Under the pieces are notes generated by a model that searched no databases, was not told the origin of the DNA, and saw only the letters and a program-made list of their open reading frames with translations. A stretch of DNA of 64,000 bases from Promethearchaeota archaeon (GTDB lineage: Archaea > Asgardarchaeota > Lokiarchaeia > Sigyniarchaeales > SOKP01): the NCBI GenBank assembly GCA_016926735.1, contig JAFGOA010000080.1:1-64000 (forward strand), in the 5' to 3' direction. Positions 20,498-30,343 of the stretch are shown in pieces; position 1 is the first letter of the stretch; each line of letters begins with the position of its first letter. Both the position numbers and the translations under genes were made by a program.

Positions 20498-21148
20498 CTA
20501 ACCTTCAAGTTCTTTACGTAGTTTTTCAATTTCTTCCTGTAATTTCTCTTTCGATTCACCTGGTATTTCTTCTTCTTCAATTGGATAATCTGGAAGATAT
20601 ACTAAATCATCTGTTGGTACCTTAGGCATTGATCCACCTTTCTCTAACAACATTTCAGTTTCTAATTGATCTAATTCTTCACTCACATCGATTGCCAGAT
20701 CAATTTCTGGATCACCTGCAAGAATGTCTGCTGCTTCTTCTATTTGAGTGACATAAAGTTCAGAATCTTCAGCGATTTCAGCTGCCTTTTCAGGGGATGC
20801 TTTAGTTGCAATATATTCCAATTCATCTCTCATTCCTTCCATAACTGAACCTGTTTGTGAAACAATCTGTCCTTCCTCCAAGGCTTCTATCTGTCTTTCA
20901 ATTTTACTTCGTATATTATTTGCTCTATCTACCTTTGTTTGATAGTTTTTATATTGAATCAGATAATTCTTTGCTCTATCTTTTTCTCCTCTTTGTAATG
21001 CTATCTTAGCATTCTTTCTACTTATTTCTGCTCGTTTGCTATAATTCTTATTAATCATAGCAAGTTTTCTTATGTGTGTTTTTGCTTTTGTGACTATTAA
21101 ATCTTTACTTTGTCCTTTTTTAGGAAATAATTTATCTTTTAGACCCAT
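20498..21148 (-). CDS. ESCRT-III Snf7-family protein (Vps20/32/60-like)
   Basis: MGLKDKLF amphipathic N-terminus, AKIALQRGEKDRAKNYL helical hairpin, EELDQLE, MPKVP Pro motif, acidic C-terminal helix. Confidence 0.85.
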   Translation of the reverse strand: MGLKDKLFPKKGQSKDLIVTKAKTHIRKLAMINKNYSKRAEISRKNAKIALQRGEKDRAKNYLIQYKNYQTKVDRANNIRSKIERQIEALEEGQIVSQTGSVMEGMRDELEYIATKASPEKAAEIAEDSELYVTQIEEAADILAGDPEIDLAIDVSEELDQLETEMLLEKGGSMPKVPTDDLVYLPDYPIEEEEIPGESKEKLQEEIEKLRKELEG

Positions 21149-21310
21149 CTTTTTTTATCACACAGCTAAAAGTTTTTAATTTTTTTATTCTTTCTATTAT
21201 AGATATAAGTTTCTAATTTAAAAATTTATTTTGATTCCTTTATTTAATACTATGAGAAATTATGTAATTTTAAATAATAAAAATTTATAGAGACCAAATT
21301 TTGATAAAGT

Positions 21311-22423
21311 ATGAAAAGAATAATTTTAAACATCGAAAATAAAGAAGAAGATTTTAATGAATTTGTTCAAGAAGCATTCAATAGAGATATACTAAATTTT
21401 CTCGTATCTAAAGATACATTTTCAGAATTTAAAGATATTGAACGTATAAAAACATTTTCAAAAGATTCAGAGTTAGAATGTGATTATATTATTTATGAAG
21501 ATAAAGAAATCCTAGTGAAAGATTTAGAAAAGAATAATCTAAAAAGGAACATTGGATTTTTTAAAGAATTAAGATCTAAAAATGATGAATTAGAAATCAA
21601 AAAATTATCAAATAATCCTAATATTGATTTTATAATTGTATCAGCTACTGATTGGAAAATTATTCCTTTTGAAAATTTAATAGCAGATATGCATAATAAA
21701 GATACAGAACTTATTGCTCAAGTGGAAAATATTGAAGAAGCACAATTAATGTTTAATACTTTAGAGATAGGTGTTGATGGAGTACTAATTAAACCAAAAA
21801 ATATCAATGATATTTTAGAACTAAAAAAAATAATAGGCTCTAAACTAAATATTGAACTAATTAAAGCTAAAGTAATTAATATACAAGAAATCTCAGAAAG
21901 TAATCGAGTATGTGTCGATACAACTTCAATATTATCTGAAGGAGAGGGTATGTTAATCGGATCAACCGCGATGGGTTTTGTTCTTGTTCATGCTGAAGTT
22001 TTTGAAACTCAATTTGTGGCATCAAGACCATTTAGAGTCAATGCAGGAGACGTTTCTGCTTATGTTCTAGTTCCTAATGAGGGATCAGATAATATATATC
22101 GTACAGAATATTTAAGCGAATTAAAAGGTGGAAAAAAGGTTTTGGTGGTCAATAATAAAGGTGAAGCAAGAATAGTATCTGTTGGTAGAGTAAAAATTGA
22201 GATACGACCGATGTTACGTTTTGAATTAGAAGTTGAAAAAGAAGGAAAGAAGATACCAATAAATTGTATATGCCAAAATGCAGAAACCATTCGTTTAGTA
22301 GATAGTAATGGTAAAGCAAAATCTGTTGTTGATATTAAAATTGGTGATGAAATTTTAGCTCATATTGGACCTGGAGCAACACATTTTGGTACTGCTATTA
22401 GAGAAACTATTATTGAAAAATAA
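21311..22423 (+). CDS. aroB': 3-dehydroquinate synthase II (archaeal AroB')
   Basis: DWKIIPFENLIA, RVCVDT, GEGMLIGS, SRPFRVNAG, VGRVKIEIRP, QNAETIRLV, HFG..I.E.I.EK. Confidence 0.95.
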   Translation: MKRIILNIENKEEDFNEFVQEAFNRDILNFLVSKDTFSEFKDIERIKTFSKDSELECDYIIYEDKEILVKDLEKNNLKRNIGFFKELRSKNDELEIKKLSNNPNIDFIIVSATDWKIIPFENLIADMHNKDTELIAQVENIEEAQLMFNTLEIGVDGVLIKPKNINDILELKKIIGSKLNIELIKAKVINIQEISESNRVCVDTTSILSEGEGMLIGSTAMGFVLVHAEVFETQFVASRPFRVNAGDVSAYVLVPNEGSDNIYRTEYLSELKGGKKVLVVNNKGEARIVSVGRVKIEIRPMLRFELEVEKEGKKIPINCICQNAETIRLVDSNGKAKSVVDIKIGDEILAHIGPGATHFGTAIRETIIEK

Positions 22424-22542
22424 TTTTTCTTTACTGCTTTTTTTATGATTCCTTGATACTCTAATCCTACATATCAATTTTTTAAGCTTTGTCTCATTTT
22501 CTAATACAGATCTCTAAAAAAAAACATATAATTGGTAATAAT

Positions 22543-23817
22543 TTGACAACTTTTTGGGCACCTTTACTTCATATTTATCAACCACCTACGCAAGATATAG
22601 AAGTATTAAGAAGAATAGATGCTGAATGCTATAAACCTTTATTTAAGGTATTAGATAACCTTGATAGGGTTAAATTTAGTTTAAATATAAATGGTATACT
22701 AATTGAACTTTTAAAAGAATTTGGAATGGGCGATAGTATAGATTTATTAAAAAATCTAGTTTCTGAAGATAAAATTGAAATACTTGGAACAGGAAAATTC
22801 CATCCTATTTTACCTCTTTTTCCAAGAAAAGAAATATCTCGACAAATTAGATTAAATGAAGAAATAAATAGAGAAGAATTTGGAAATAACTGGATTAAAA
22901 AAGGATTTTTCCCACCAGAAATGGCTATTTCAACAAAAGTAGCTAAAATTGTACGTAATTATGGATATAAATGGTTAATAATGAGTGGTATTGCATGTCC
23001 TACTGATTGGCCATATGATAGAATTTATACGACTCCTGATGGACTTCAACTATTTTTTAGAGATGATCTATTAAGTAATAGAATTTCTTTTAAGGATATA
23101 AATGCAAAAGAATTTGTTTCTGAATTAGCATCTTTACATAAAACCAAACTTCAATTATATAAAAACAACACTTATATAATTACAGCTATGGACGGAGAGA
23201 CATTTGGTCATCACATTAGAGGTTATGAAAAAACATTTATAGCAAAAACATTCAAACTAATAAATGAAAATAATAATGATCTAACCAAGGAGAATGATAA
23301 AATTGAAATGGAATTTATTTCAAACTTAGATCATTTTTTTCCTACAGCAAAAGATAAATTAATTCCTTGTCCATCTAGTTGGAGTACAACTTCTGATGAC
23401 TTAAAAAATAAAATACCATATCCCTTATGGAAACATCCGGATAATTCCATTCATAAATATTATTGGAAAATTATAAAAAGTCTCAATAAACTAATTAATT
23501 TAGCAGATCGATTGGATATAGAAAAAGATTGGAATATTGAAAATTATCATAATACTGCCAGATATTTTTATGATAGGGGTCTTCATAGTTGTCCCATATG
23601 GTGGGCAAATGCTACTAGAAATATCTGGAGTCCAAATTTAATTTATAAAGGTATAGAGCTACTTATACGAGCAGCACTTAATGCTCAATTAGCTTTAGTA
23701 AATGCTGGAGAGAGTAATGGAGATGGATATTTTGATTCTATTTCTTATTATCATGGTCTTCTACTAATGGAATTATATTCAATAAGTAAACAAAACCTTA
23801 GAAAGCAAAAAAAATAA
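22543..23817 (+). CDS. Glycoside hydrolase family 57
   Basis: LHIYQP, HPILPL, FPPEMA (catalytic E), AMDGETFGHH (catalytic D); TTG 22543 after GGTAA preferred over 22489. Confidence 0.9.
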   Translation: MTTFWAPLLHIYQPPTQDIEVLRRIDAECYKPLFKVLDNLDRVKFSLNINGILIELLKEFGMGDSIDLLKNLVSEDKIEILGTGKFHPILPLFPRKEISRQIRLNEEINREEFGNNWIKKGFFPPEMAISTKVAKIVRNYGYKWLIMSGIACPTDWPYDRIYTTPDGLQLFFRDDLLSNRISFKDINAKEFVSELASLHKTKLQLYKNNTYIITAMDGETFGHHIRGYEKTFIAKTFKLINENNNDLTKENDKIEMEFISNLDHFFPTAKDKLIPCPSSWSTTSDDLKNKIPYPLWKHPDNSIHKYYWKIIKSLNKLINLADRLDIEKDWNIENYHNTARYFYDRGLHSCPIWWANATRNIWSPNLIYKGIELLIRAALNAQLALVNAGESNGDGYFDSISYYHGLLLMELYSISKQNLRKQKK

Positions 23818-23979
23818 CTCTGTTTTCTTTTCATATTTTGTCTTCTCTTGATAATTTTTTTTTCATAAATCTTTAAATTTCAATATTTCCGTTATAAGCT
23901 AATCTTAATTTTAAAATCATAAATTATATAATTTTTAGTATATAATTATAACAAAAAGATGTATTTAATTTCATGAGAA

Positions 23980-25083
23980 ATGTCCGAAGAAAAACAAGAT
24001 AAAATTAGATATTGCGCTTATTGTGGTCATAAACTGGAAAATGATCGTATATACTGTCCAAAATGTGGGAAATTAGGTGTAAAAATAAAATCATCAAATT
24101 ATCATAATGATACTCTCATTTCAAAAAAACATATACCTTCTCTTGAAATTCCTGAAAGAGTTTGCGCAAATTGCGGTTCTATTATAAAATCTATGATTCT
24201 TAATCAATGTCCTATATGTAATACCAAACTAAAAGAAATTCCAAAAGAAAATATTGAAAAGATTCAAGAAAAAAAACCAAGCTTTCTTTTCACAGGTAAT
24301 AAATTAGTGTCAGAAAAAGAATTAAAAATAAGTGAAGATTCTTGGAATTTCAAAGAAGGTTTAAGTGTTTTCTCAAATAGTATCCTTCTTTTTATAACCG
24401 TTTTTTTTTTTATTATAATTGCGTATAGCTTTGGTTACGAAGGAGATACCCCTCCTGAGAATATCTATAGTCTAATTGTCTTTTCTTTACCAGATATATT
24501 ATTTGGTATATTACCAATTTGGTATATTTCTTCAAAAAATCATTCTTTTCAAAAGTTAAAATTAGATATTGACAAAAAAAAAATAGCATTTATCATAATC
24601 ATTGGAATTATTGCCGGCATTTGTTTATATTTTATCAGTATTTTTTCAGATTTTTTAATTCAAATCTTTATTGATTTAGGTTTAGAAAACATTCTCCCAA
24701 TAAAGGATGATATTGAGACAAACACATTAATTATAAAGAATGCAGAAATATATTGGATTATATTAATAATGATAATAAATATATTGAATTCAATATCTAT
24801 TGAAATTCTTTTCCGGGGAGTACTTCAAAATACATTAAAAACGAGATATAAAAATGGATTAATAGATAAACTTATTATAATTTCTCTAACTACACTAGCT
24901 TATACGATAATATTTTCGCTAATTTCATTTAACCATGCTATATACTTTATTCCCTATTATTTATTAATTAACTTTGTAATAGGTATCATTTTTGAATATA
25001 GTGATTCTCTTTATACGACAATTATAGCACATTGTTTCTTGAATGTATTCGGTTTAATTGTAATTTATTTCAATCTTTTTTAA
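23980..25083 (+). CDS. Double zinc-ribbon plus CPBP/CAAX-protease-like membrane protein (degenerate catalytic motifs)
   Basis: Two CxxC..CPxC ribbons; TM domain with SIEILFRG and AHCFLN. Confidence 0.75.
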   Translation: MSEEKQDKIRYCAYCGHKLENDRIYCPKCGKLGVKIKSSNYHNDTLISKKHIPSLEIPERVCANCGSIIKSMILNQCPICNTKLKEIPKENIEKIQEKKPSFLFTGNKLVSEKELKISEDSWNFKEGLSVFSNSILLFITVFFFIIIAYSFGYEGDTPPENIYSLIVFSLPDILFGILPIWYISSKNHSFQKLKLDIDKKKIAFIIIIGIIAGICLYFISIFSDFLIQIFIDLGLENILPIKDDIETNTLIIKNAEIYWIILIMIINILNSISIEILFRGVLQNTLKTRYKNGLIDKLIIISLTTLAYTIIFSLISFNHAIYFIPYYLLINFVIGIIFEYSDSLYTTIIAHCFLNVFGLIVIYFNLF

Positions 25084-25205
25084 AATCTGATATTAACCAT
25101 TTCATATTTAATTTTAATAATAATAAATCAATTTAGTCTATAGTAAATAATAACAAAAGAATTCTATAATTATATTAAATAGTTTTTGCAATTGGAGTAT
25201 CTGGA

Positions 25206-25925
25206 TTGACAAGAAAAAGCTATAAGAATAAAGGACTGAAGCAAAATATCGTTATTTCTCTTGCTGGAGCACATGGAGTAGGAAAAACGACTATTTTTTA
25301 TCTATTAAAAAAAGAAGTTATCGATAATCCTAAATTTAAATTTTTTCCTGAAAGATATAAAAAAAATCCTCCTTTTCCATTTGGATCAAAAAATAAACAA
25401 ATAGCTTTTCGATCAGAAATTCATTTTTTACAACAACTTATTAAAAGAAATAAAAATATTATCAATTATGATCAAAACTATAATGGCCGCATAGTTATTC
25501 TTGATAGAACGCCTTTATGTGTTTTAATCTATTCAAAAGGTCTTTTTCTTAAAGAAAAGGATTATAACCTCATCAAGGATATGTATAATTCTGTTTCATG
25601 GAGAGAAGATTATATTGTATATTTAACAGCAGAGCCAGAAACTATTCTAAAAAGAACAATTCAAAGAGGATCATTAGAAACAATAAGAAAAGAATGGAAT
25701 GAAACTGAAATGAATTATCTTAAAAATATTCTTACGTTTTATCAGCAAATGTTAATAATAAAACAACAGGAAAAAAAACTTTTTATAATAGATACTGAAA
25801 ATGAAAGTCCTCAAAATATAGTAGAAAAACTGAAAAATATTATCACAGAAATAACACACTATTCATTTAAAAAATGTCTTGCTTCTCCTTCTTGGCAAAT
25901 GAATTTGTCTAAATTTTTAAATTGA
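25206..25925 (+). CDS. Deoxynucleoside/nucleotide kinase-like P-loop protein
   Basis: GAHGVGKTT, FPE, ILDRTPLC, VYLTAEPETILKRTIQRG. Confidence 0.75.
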   Translation: MTRKSYKNKGLKQNIVISLAGAHGVGKTTIFYLLKKEVIDNPKFKFFPERYKKNPPFPFGSKNKQIAFRSEIHFLQQLIKRNKNIINYDQNYNGRIVILDRTPLCVLIYSKGLFLKEKDYNLIKDMYNSVSWREDYIVYLTAEPETILKRTIQRGSLETIRKEWNETEMNYLKNILTFYQQMLIIKQQEKKLFIIDTENESPQNIVEKLKNIITEITHYSFKKCLASPSWQMNLSKFLN

Positions 25926-26012
25926 AAAGTAATAAATTTTATTAATAAAGTGCATTATCTTTATCTATATTAAGGTACAATCAAACATAACAGAAATAAA
26001 TTTCGTAAAATT

Positions 26013-27056
26013 ATGTCAACTTTAGCTGATGATGTCAGAGAAAAATTAATGTATCTACTAAAGGATGAGGAACAAAAAACCGATCTAGAGGATCTGGCTG
26101 TTTTATCTCGAGTTGGGATGAAAATATCTACGGCAAAATCCTTTATTCTAGATGCTGATGCTATCTCCGCATCTAGTACTGCCCTCATTGATTTAGGTCT
26201 AAGACTAAGTGAAGCAACTAATCATGGATCTCTAAGGGAAATAATACTTCATAATTATTCGGGTTATAGCATTCTTATGGCTATTAATGATGAATATATT
26301 GTTTTTGGAGGTCTCTGTGCCGTTCATAGAATTGGATACTATTTAGGATATCTTCGTGATTTAGCAAAGAAGTTAAATAGACTTATTTCTGGTGATGAAG
26401 AAACCGAAATGGCCCTAACTCTTGAAGATGCTGAATTAGACAAAATACGAAAGCAAAAACAAGAAGAAAAACTAGAAGAAGAAGTATTAGTAATTAAACC
26501 TCCTTCTATTGAGGAAGATAAAGCTGCTCTCGATGGGCTACTTGGATTTCTTGATGATTGGGAAAAAGAGGGAAGCGATTTTGAAGCTTTAGAGCAAGAT
26601 AATGCAAGTAACATTGTATCAATTCCTAAAACTAAAATCCCTGAAGCTGGAATTACTCCTCATAATACTCCAATTGCATCATCTAAGATATCAGAAGAAG
26701 CTGAATTTAAAGTATATGATGATGAAGTACCCCCAATACCTCTTGATGATTACACTCCGATGGAAATAGATGAAGGAGAAGGAGGAACTGATTTGAAAAA
26801 AGAAGAGATTATTCCCCCTCCCCCAGAAGAATTTGCTCAAGAATATGATGATTCAGCGATTTCTATTCCATCATTGGAAAAACCTTCAAAAACTGAAGCA
26901 TCTTCAAATCAATTACCTACTTTAGATAATTTAGTTCCTCCTGATTTTGAATCTGAAGAAGCTTCTGAGTATCAAACTGAATTTATTCTAGAAGAAGAAT
27001 CCGAGTCTTTAGATGCTGTATTAAAAGATCTAGGATGGGATCTTGAAGAAGAATAA
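26013..27056 (+). CDS. Roadblock/LC7-domain protein with long acidic Pro-rich tail
   Basis: N-terminal ~125 aa with roadblock pattern (LAVLSRVGMKIST...AISASSTAL...GSLREIILHNYSGYSILMAI); remainder E/D/P-rich. Confidence 0.8.
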   Translation: MSTLADDVREKLMYLLKDEEQKTDLEDLAVLSRVGMKISTAKSFILDADAISASSTALIDLGLRLSEATNHGSLREIILHNYSGYSILMAINDEYIVFGGLCAVHRIGYYLGYLRDLAKKLNRLISGDEETEMALTLEDAELDKIRKQKQEEKLEEEVLVIKPPSIEEDKAALDGLLGFLDDWEKEGSDFEALEQDNASNIVSIPKTKIPEAGITPHNTPIASSKISEEAEFKVYDDEVPPIPLDDYTPMEIDEGEGGTDLKKEEIIPPPPEEFAQEYDDSAISIPSLEKPSKTEASSNQLPTLDNLVPPDFESEEASEYQTEFILEEESESLDAVLKDLGWDLEEE

Positions 27057-27226
27057 CAAATAAAAATCCTATATCTAATCTAACGAAATATTATTATTTA
27101 CATTATAAAATAATATTTTTTTCTAAAACTTATAATTAATATAGGAAAGTCAGATTAGATTTGTATAATTAAAAAAAAACTAAAAGCAATAATAAAATAA
27201 ACAATACCTAACTAATTCTATCAATA

Positions 27227-28588
27227 ATGAGTATCTTTAATAAAGTGTTAGAAATTTATCAAGATCAATATATCTGTTTAGATTGTCTTGGAAGAATGTT
27301 CTCTTTATTAGGAACAGATTCAACTAATAAAGAAAGAGGAAAATCATTATTACTTTCATTAACTATGGAATATCATCAAAAATATCTAACAGGAGAAGAA
27401 AAAGTAAGAAGTAATGCTATAGCATATTTAAAATTAATTGCAAATCGAGCAAAATTTACACCTGCTCGAGAGATATTAAAAAAAGAGGGATTTAAAACAT
27501 CTCTAACGGATGAAAATCCTTATTGTTATCTCTGTCATAATATCTTCCAAAGTCTTGACAATTATGTTCAACAAGGAATAAATGCTCTTAATAAAATTGA
27601 GTATTCAACTTTCTTAGTTGGAACAAGTCCAAGTGGTAAAATTATTAATAATGAAGATAAATTTAAAGCAAAACATAATATAATTGAGGCTGAATCTTTT
27701 AAAACACATTTAAATAGAGAAATTGGAAAAAAATTATTAAATGAACTTGATAAACTAACAGATTTTACTCAGCCTGATATAACTCTTATTTATTCAATAG
27801 ATTATGATAAATCTTCGATAAATTTAATTATACGCTCTTTATTTATTTTAGGTAGATATAAGAAACTGATCAGGGGTATCCCCCAAACCCGATGGCTCTG
27901 TAGAAAATGTAGTGGAGATGGATGTGAAATATGTAATCATACGGGTAAACAATATGAAACAAGTGTTGAAGAATTAATTACTCCTGAATTCATTAAATCT
28001 TCTCAAGCAAATGATTCTAAATTTCATGGAGCTGGAAGAGAAGATATCGATGTTCGAATGATAGGCACTGGAAGACCATTTATTATTGAACTTAAAAATC
28101 CAAAAATTAGAACATTTGACTTAGAAAACATTCAAAACATAGTTAATAATGTTAATAAAGATAAAATTGAAATAAGTAATCTTTCTTTTACCAATAAAAA
28201 ACAAGTAATTTCAATGAAAGAAAATGCTGAAAATACAAAAAAAACATATAAAGCTATTACTGAGAGTACAAGTGAATTATCAGACGAAAATTTTCAGGAA
28301 AAATTAGTAAAAATAATAAATACATTTGAAAATAAAAAAATTAATCAAAGAACTCCACATAGAGTCGCACATCGAAGAGCAGATAAAATTCGAGATAAAA
28401 TGATTTTCAAAATTGAGGGTAAATATATAAAATCGAACTTATTTGAATTTTTAATTGAAACCCAAGGTGGTACTTACATAAAAGAATTAATAAGTGGAGA
28501 TGATGGTCGAACATCCCCTTCTTTTAGTGAAATTCTTGAAATTCCATTAAAATGTGCAGAATTAGATGTATTAAAAATAGATTATTAA
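27227..28588 (+). CDS. pus10: tRNA pseudouridine(54/55) synthase Pus10
   Basis: ICLDCLGRMF, GRYKKLIRGIPQTRW, FHGAGREDIDVRMIGTGRPF, QRTPHRVAHRRAD, GGTYIKELISGDDGRT. Confidence 0.96.
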   Translation: MSIFNKVLEIYQDQYICLDCLGRMFSLLGTDSTNKERGKSLLLSLTMEYHQKYLTGEEKVRSNAIAYLKLIANRAKFTPAREILKKEGFKTSLTDENPYCYLCHNIFQSLDNYVQQGINALNKIEYSTFLVGTSPSGKIINNEDKFKAKHNIIEAESFKTHLNREIGKKLLNELDKLTDFTQPDITLIYSIDYDKSSINLIIRSLFILGRYKKLIRGIPQTRWLCRKCSGDGCEICNHTGKQYETSVEELITPEFIKSSQANDSKFHGAGREDIDVRMIGTGRPFIIELKNPKIRTFDLENIQNIVNNVNKDKIEISNLSFTNKKQVISMKENAENTKKTYKAITESTSELSDENFQEKLVKIINTFENKKINQRTPHRVAHRRADKIRDKMIFKIEGKYIKSNLFEFLIETQGGTYIKELISGDDGRTSPSFSEILEIPLKCAELDVLKIDY

Positions 28589-28803
28589 ACGATACAAAGA
28601 ATTATTAGCTATTAAAAATCTTTAGAAAAAATTTAATGATAATATATAAATCTCAAAATAAGCTAAATAATTATTATAAATTTCTTTGTTTATAGATTAA
28701 AGAAGAAGTATATTTCCACTTTCTCTTTTTTTTTCCATTTTTTAAAATCAAAAAATAATTAAATTATCCTTCATGAATTTTAATAAGAATACTATATAAT
28801 TTG

Positions 28804-29127
28804 GTGATTAGAATAACTCTTCACAAGGGCTACAGAAATAAAACAAGAAAAAGATATAGAAAAGTACCAAGAACCAAGGGTCTTGGAGCTGTAGATAAAT
28901 ATTTATTAGATTATTCTTTAGGTGATAAGGTAGATATTATTACAGATCCATCACAACATAAACGTGGATTTCCACATCGTAGATTCTATGGTAGAACGGG
29001 AACTGTTATTGGTTCAAGAGGAAGATGCATTGAAGTAGAGGTAAAATTAGGGAACTCTAAGAAGACTTTAATCATCGGAAAAGAACATCTTAGATTGAGT
29101 TTTGCTTCGAAAAAAGAAGTTGTTTAA
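28804..29127 (+). CDS. rpl21e: 50S ribosomal protein L21e
   Basis: GYRNKTR, GDKVDI..DPS.HK.G.PHRRFYGRTG, EHLR; start ambiguous (GTG 28804 or ATA 28813). Confidence 0.95.
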   Translation: MIRITLHKGYRNKTRKRYRKVPRTKGLGAVDKYLLDYSLGDKVDIITDPSQHKRGFPHRRFYGRTGTVIGSRGRCIEVEVKLGNSKKTLIIGKEHLRLSFASKKEVV

Positions 29128-29156
29128 TTTTTAATCTAAAAGAATTATTAAATATT

Positions 29157-29522
29157 ATGTTTGGTAAAAAAATTGAAGAAAAATCTGTTTCAATTCCAGA
29201 AGTTAAAAAGATAATGGAAAACATAAAAGAGCAGATGATAAAAATTGATCCTGAAGAAGGTATGTCACATTTTCAAGAAATTACTCATGCATATGTAGAA
29301 AAATATGCTAAGATGTCACATAAAGATTCTGTTAAAATTAAGAATTTTTTAGTGGAGAAATATGATATTGAAGAGGTATATGCTATTAATATTGTAAACA
29401 TCGATCCTAAGACAATACAAGAATTAAAAATGATTTTGGAAAAGAGTTATACAGGAAAAACTTTTAATGATGATAAACTCCAAGAAATCTTATATCAAAT
29501 TGAAGAATTAAAAACATCTTAA
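29157..29522 (+). CDS. rpoF: RNA polymerase subunit Rpo4 (RpoF)
   Basis: VSIPEVKKI...AINIVNIDPKTIQELKMIL; conserved pus10-L21e-rpoF-DUF655-rsmA order. Confidence 0.88.
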   Translation: MFGKKIEEKSVSIPEVKKIMENIKEQMIKIDPEEGMSHFQEITHAYVEKYAKMSHKDSVKIKNFLVEKYDIEEVYAINIVNIDPKTIQELKMILEKSYTGKTFNDDKLQEILYQIEELKTS

Positions 29523-29681
29523 ATTTATAAAGTAAAAAATAGGCGAACTATTTGTTCTTTTTTAGAACGAAGAATTTATAAATATAGAAGGGTTTAACTT
29601 TAAATGAGCAACTTGTTCATACTAATTATTTTTTAAAAAAAATGGATAATGCAATAATAAAAAATAGGAAGATCAGCAATT

Positions 29682-30329
29682 ATGAGTGGAAGAGATCGAT
29701 ACAGAAGACCTTCCAGAAAACCTTATCAAGGAAAATCAGGTTTTCGGGAAAAAAAACAATTTATCAAAAAAGAAAGAAAAGTAGTTATATTAGATCTCTT
29801 ACCGCATGGACATATTGGTGATGAAAAACCAAGTTGGTCTCGCAATCCTATTGCACAAGTTATTACATTTCCAGATTTTGTTCTTTATGAAGTTAAATTC
29901 AACAGAGATTCAAAAATAAAGGTTCAAGATATAAATACTTTTGAATATTTTAGTGAAAATAAGCAATTAAACGAAGTTTTAACAAAAATAGATTTCAATG
30001 ATTTAACAAATACATCAAAAGCATTGATTCAATCAATTATTGAAAAAGAAATAATTGAATCTGAAGAAACTTTTATAAATTTTTTTAATAATTCGACATC
30101 AATTACACCACGACTTCATGCTTTAAAATTAATACCTGGAATTGGTGAAAAACATATGTGGGAAATTTTAAAAGCAAGAGATCGTCAAAAATTTGTGACT
30201 TTCCAAGATATTGCTGATAGAACAAGTTTATCAAATCCGGCTAAACAAATCGCATTACGAATAGTTAAAGAATTGCAACGAGAAGATATTAAATATTATC
30301 TTTTTAGCAAAACTAAAAGATATGAATAA
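29682..30329 (+). CDS. DUF655 family putative RNA-binding protein
   Basis: VILDLLPHG, PIAQ, FINFFN...ITPRLHALKLIPGIGEK HhH, KYYLF; synteny. Confidence 0.9.
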   Translation: MSGRDRYRRPSRKPYQGKSGFREKKQFIKKERKVVILDLLPHGHIGDEKPSWSRNPIAQVITFPDFVLYEVKFNRDSKIKVQDINTFEYFSENKQLNEVLTKIDFNDLTNTSKALIQSIIEKEIIESEETFINFFNNSTSITPRLHALKLIPGIGEKHMWEILKARDRQKFVTFQDIADRTSLSNPAKQIALRIVKELQREDIKYYLFSKTKRYE

Positions 30330-30343
30330 ATCGAAATTTCAAA

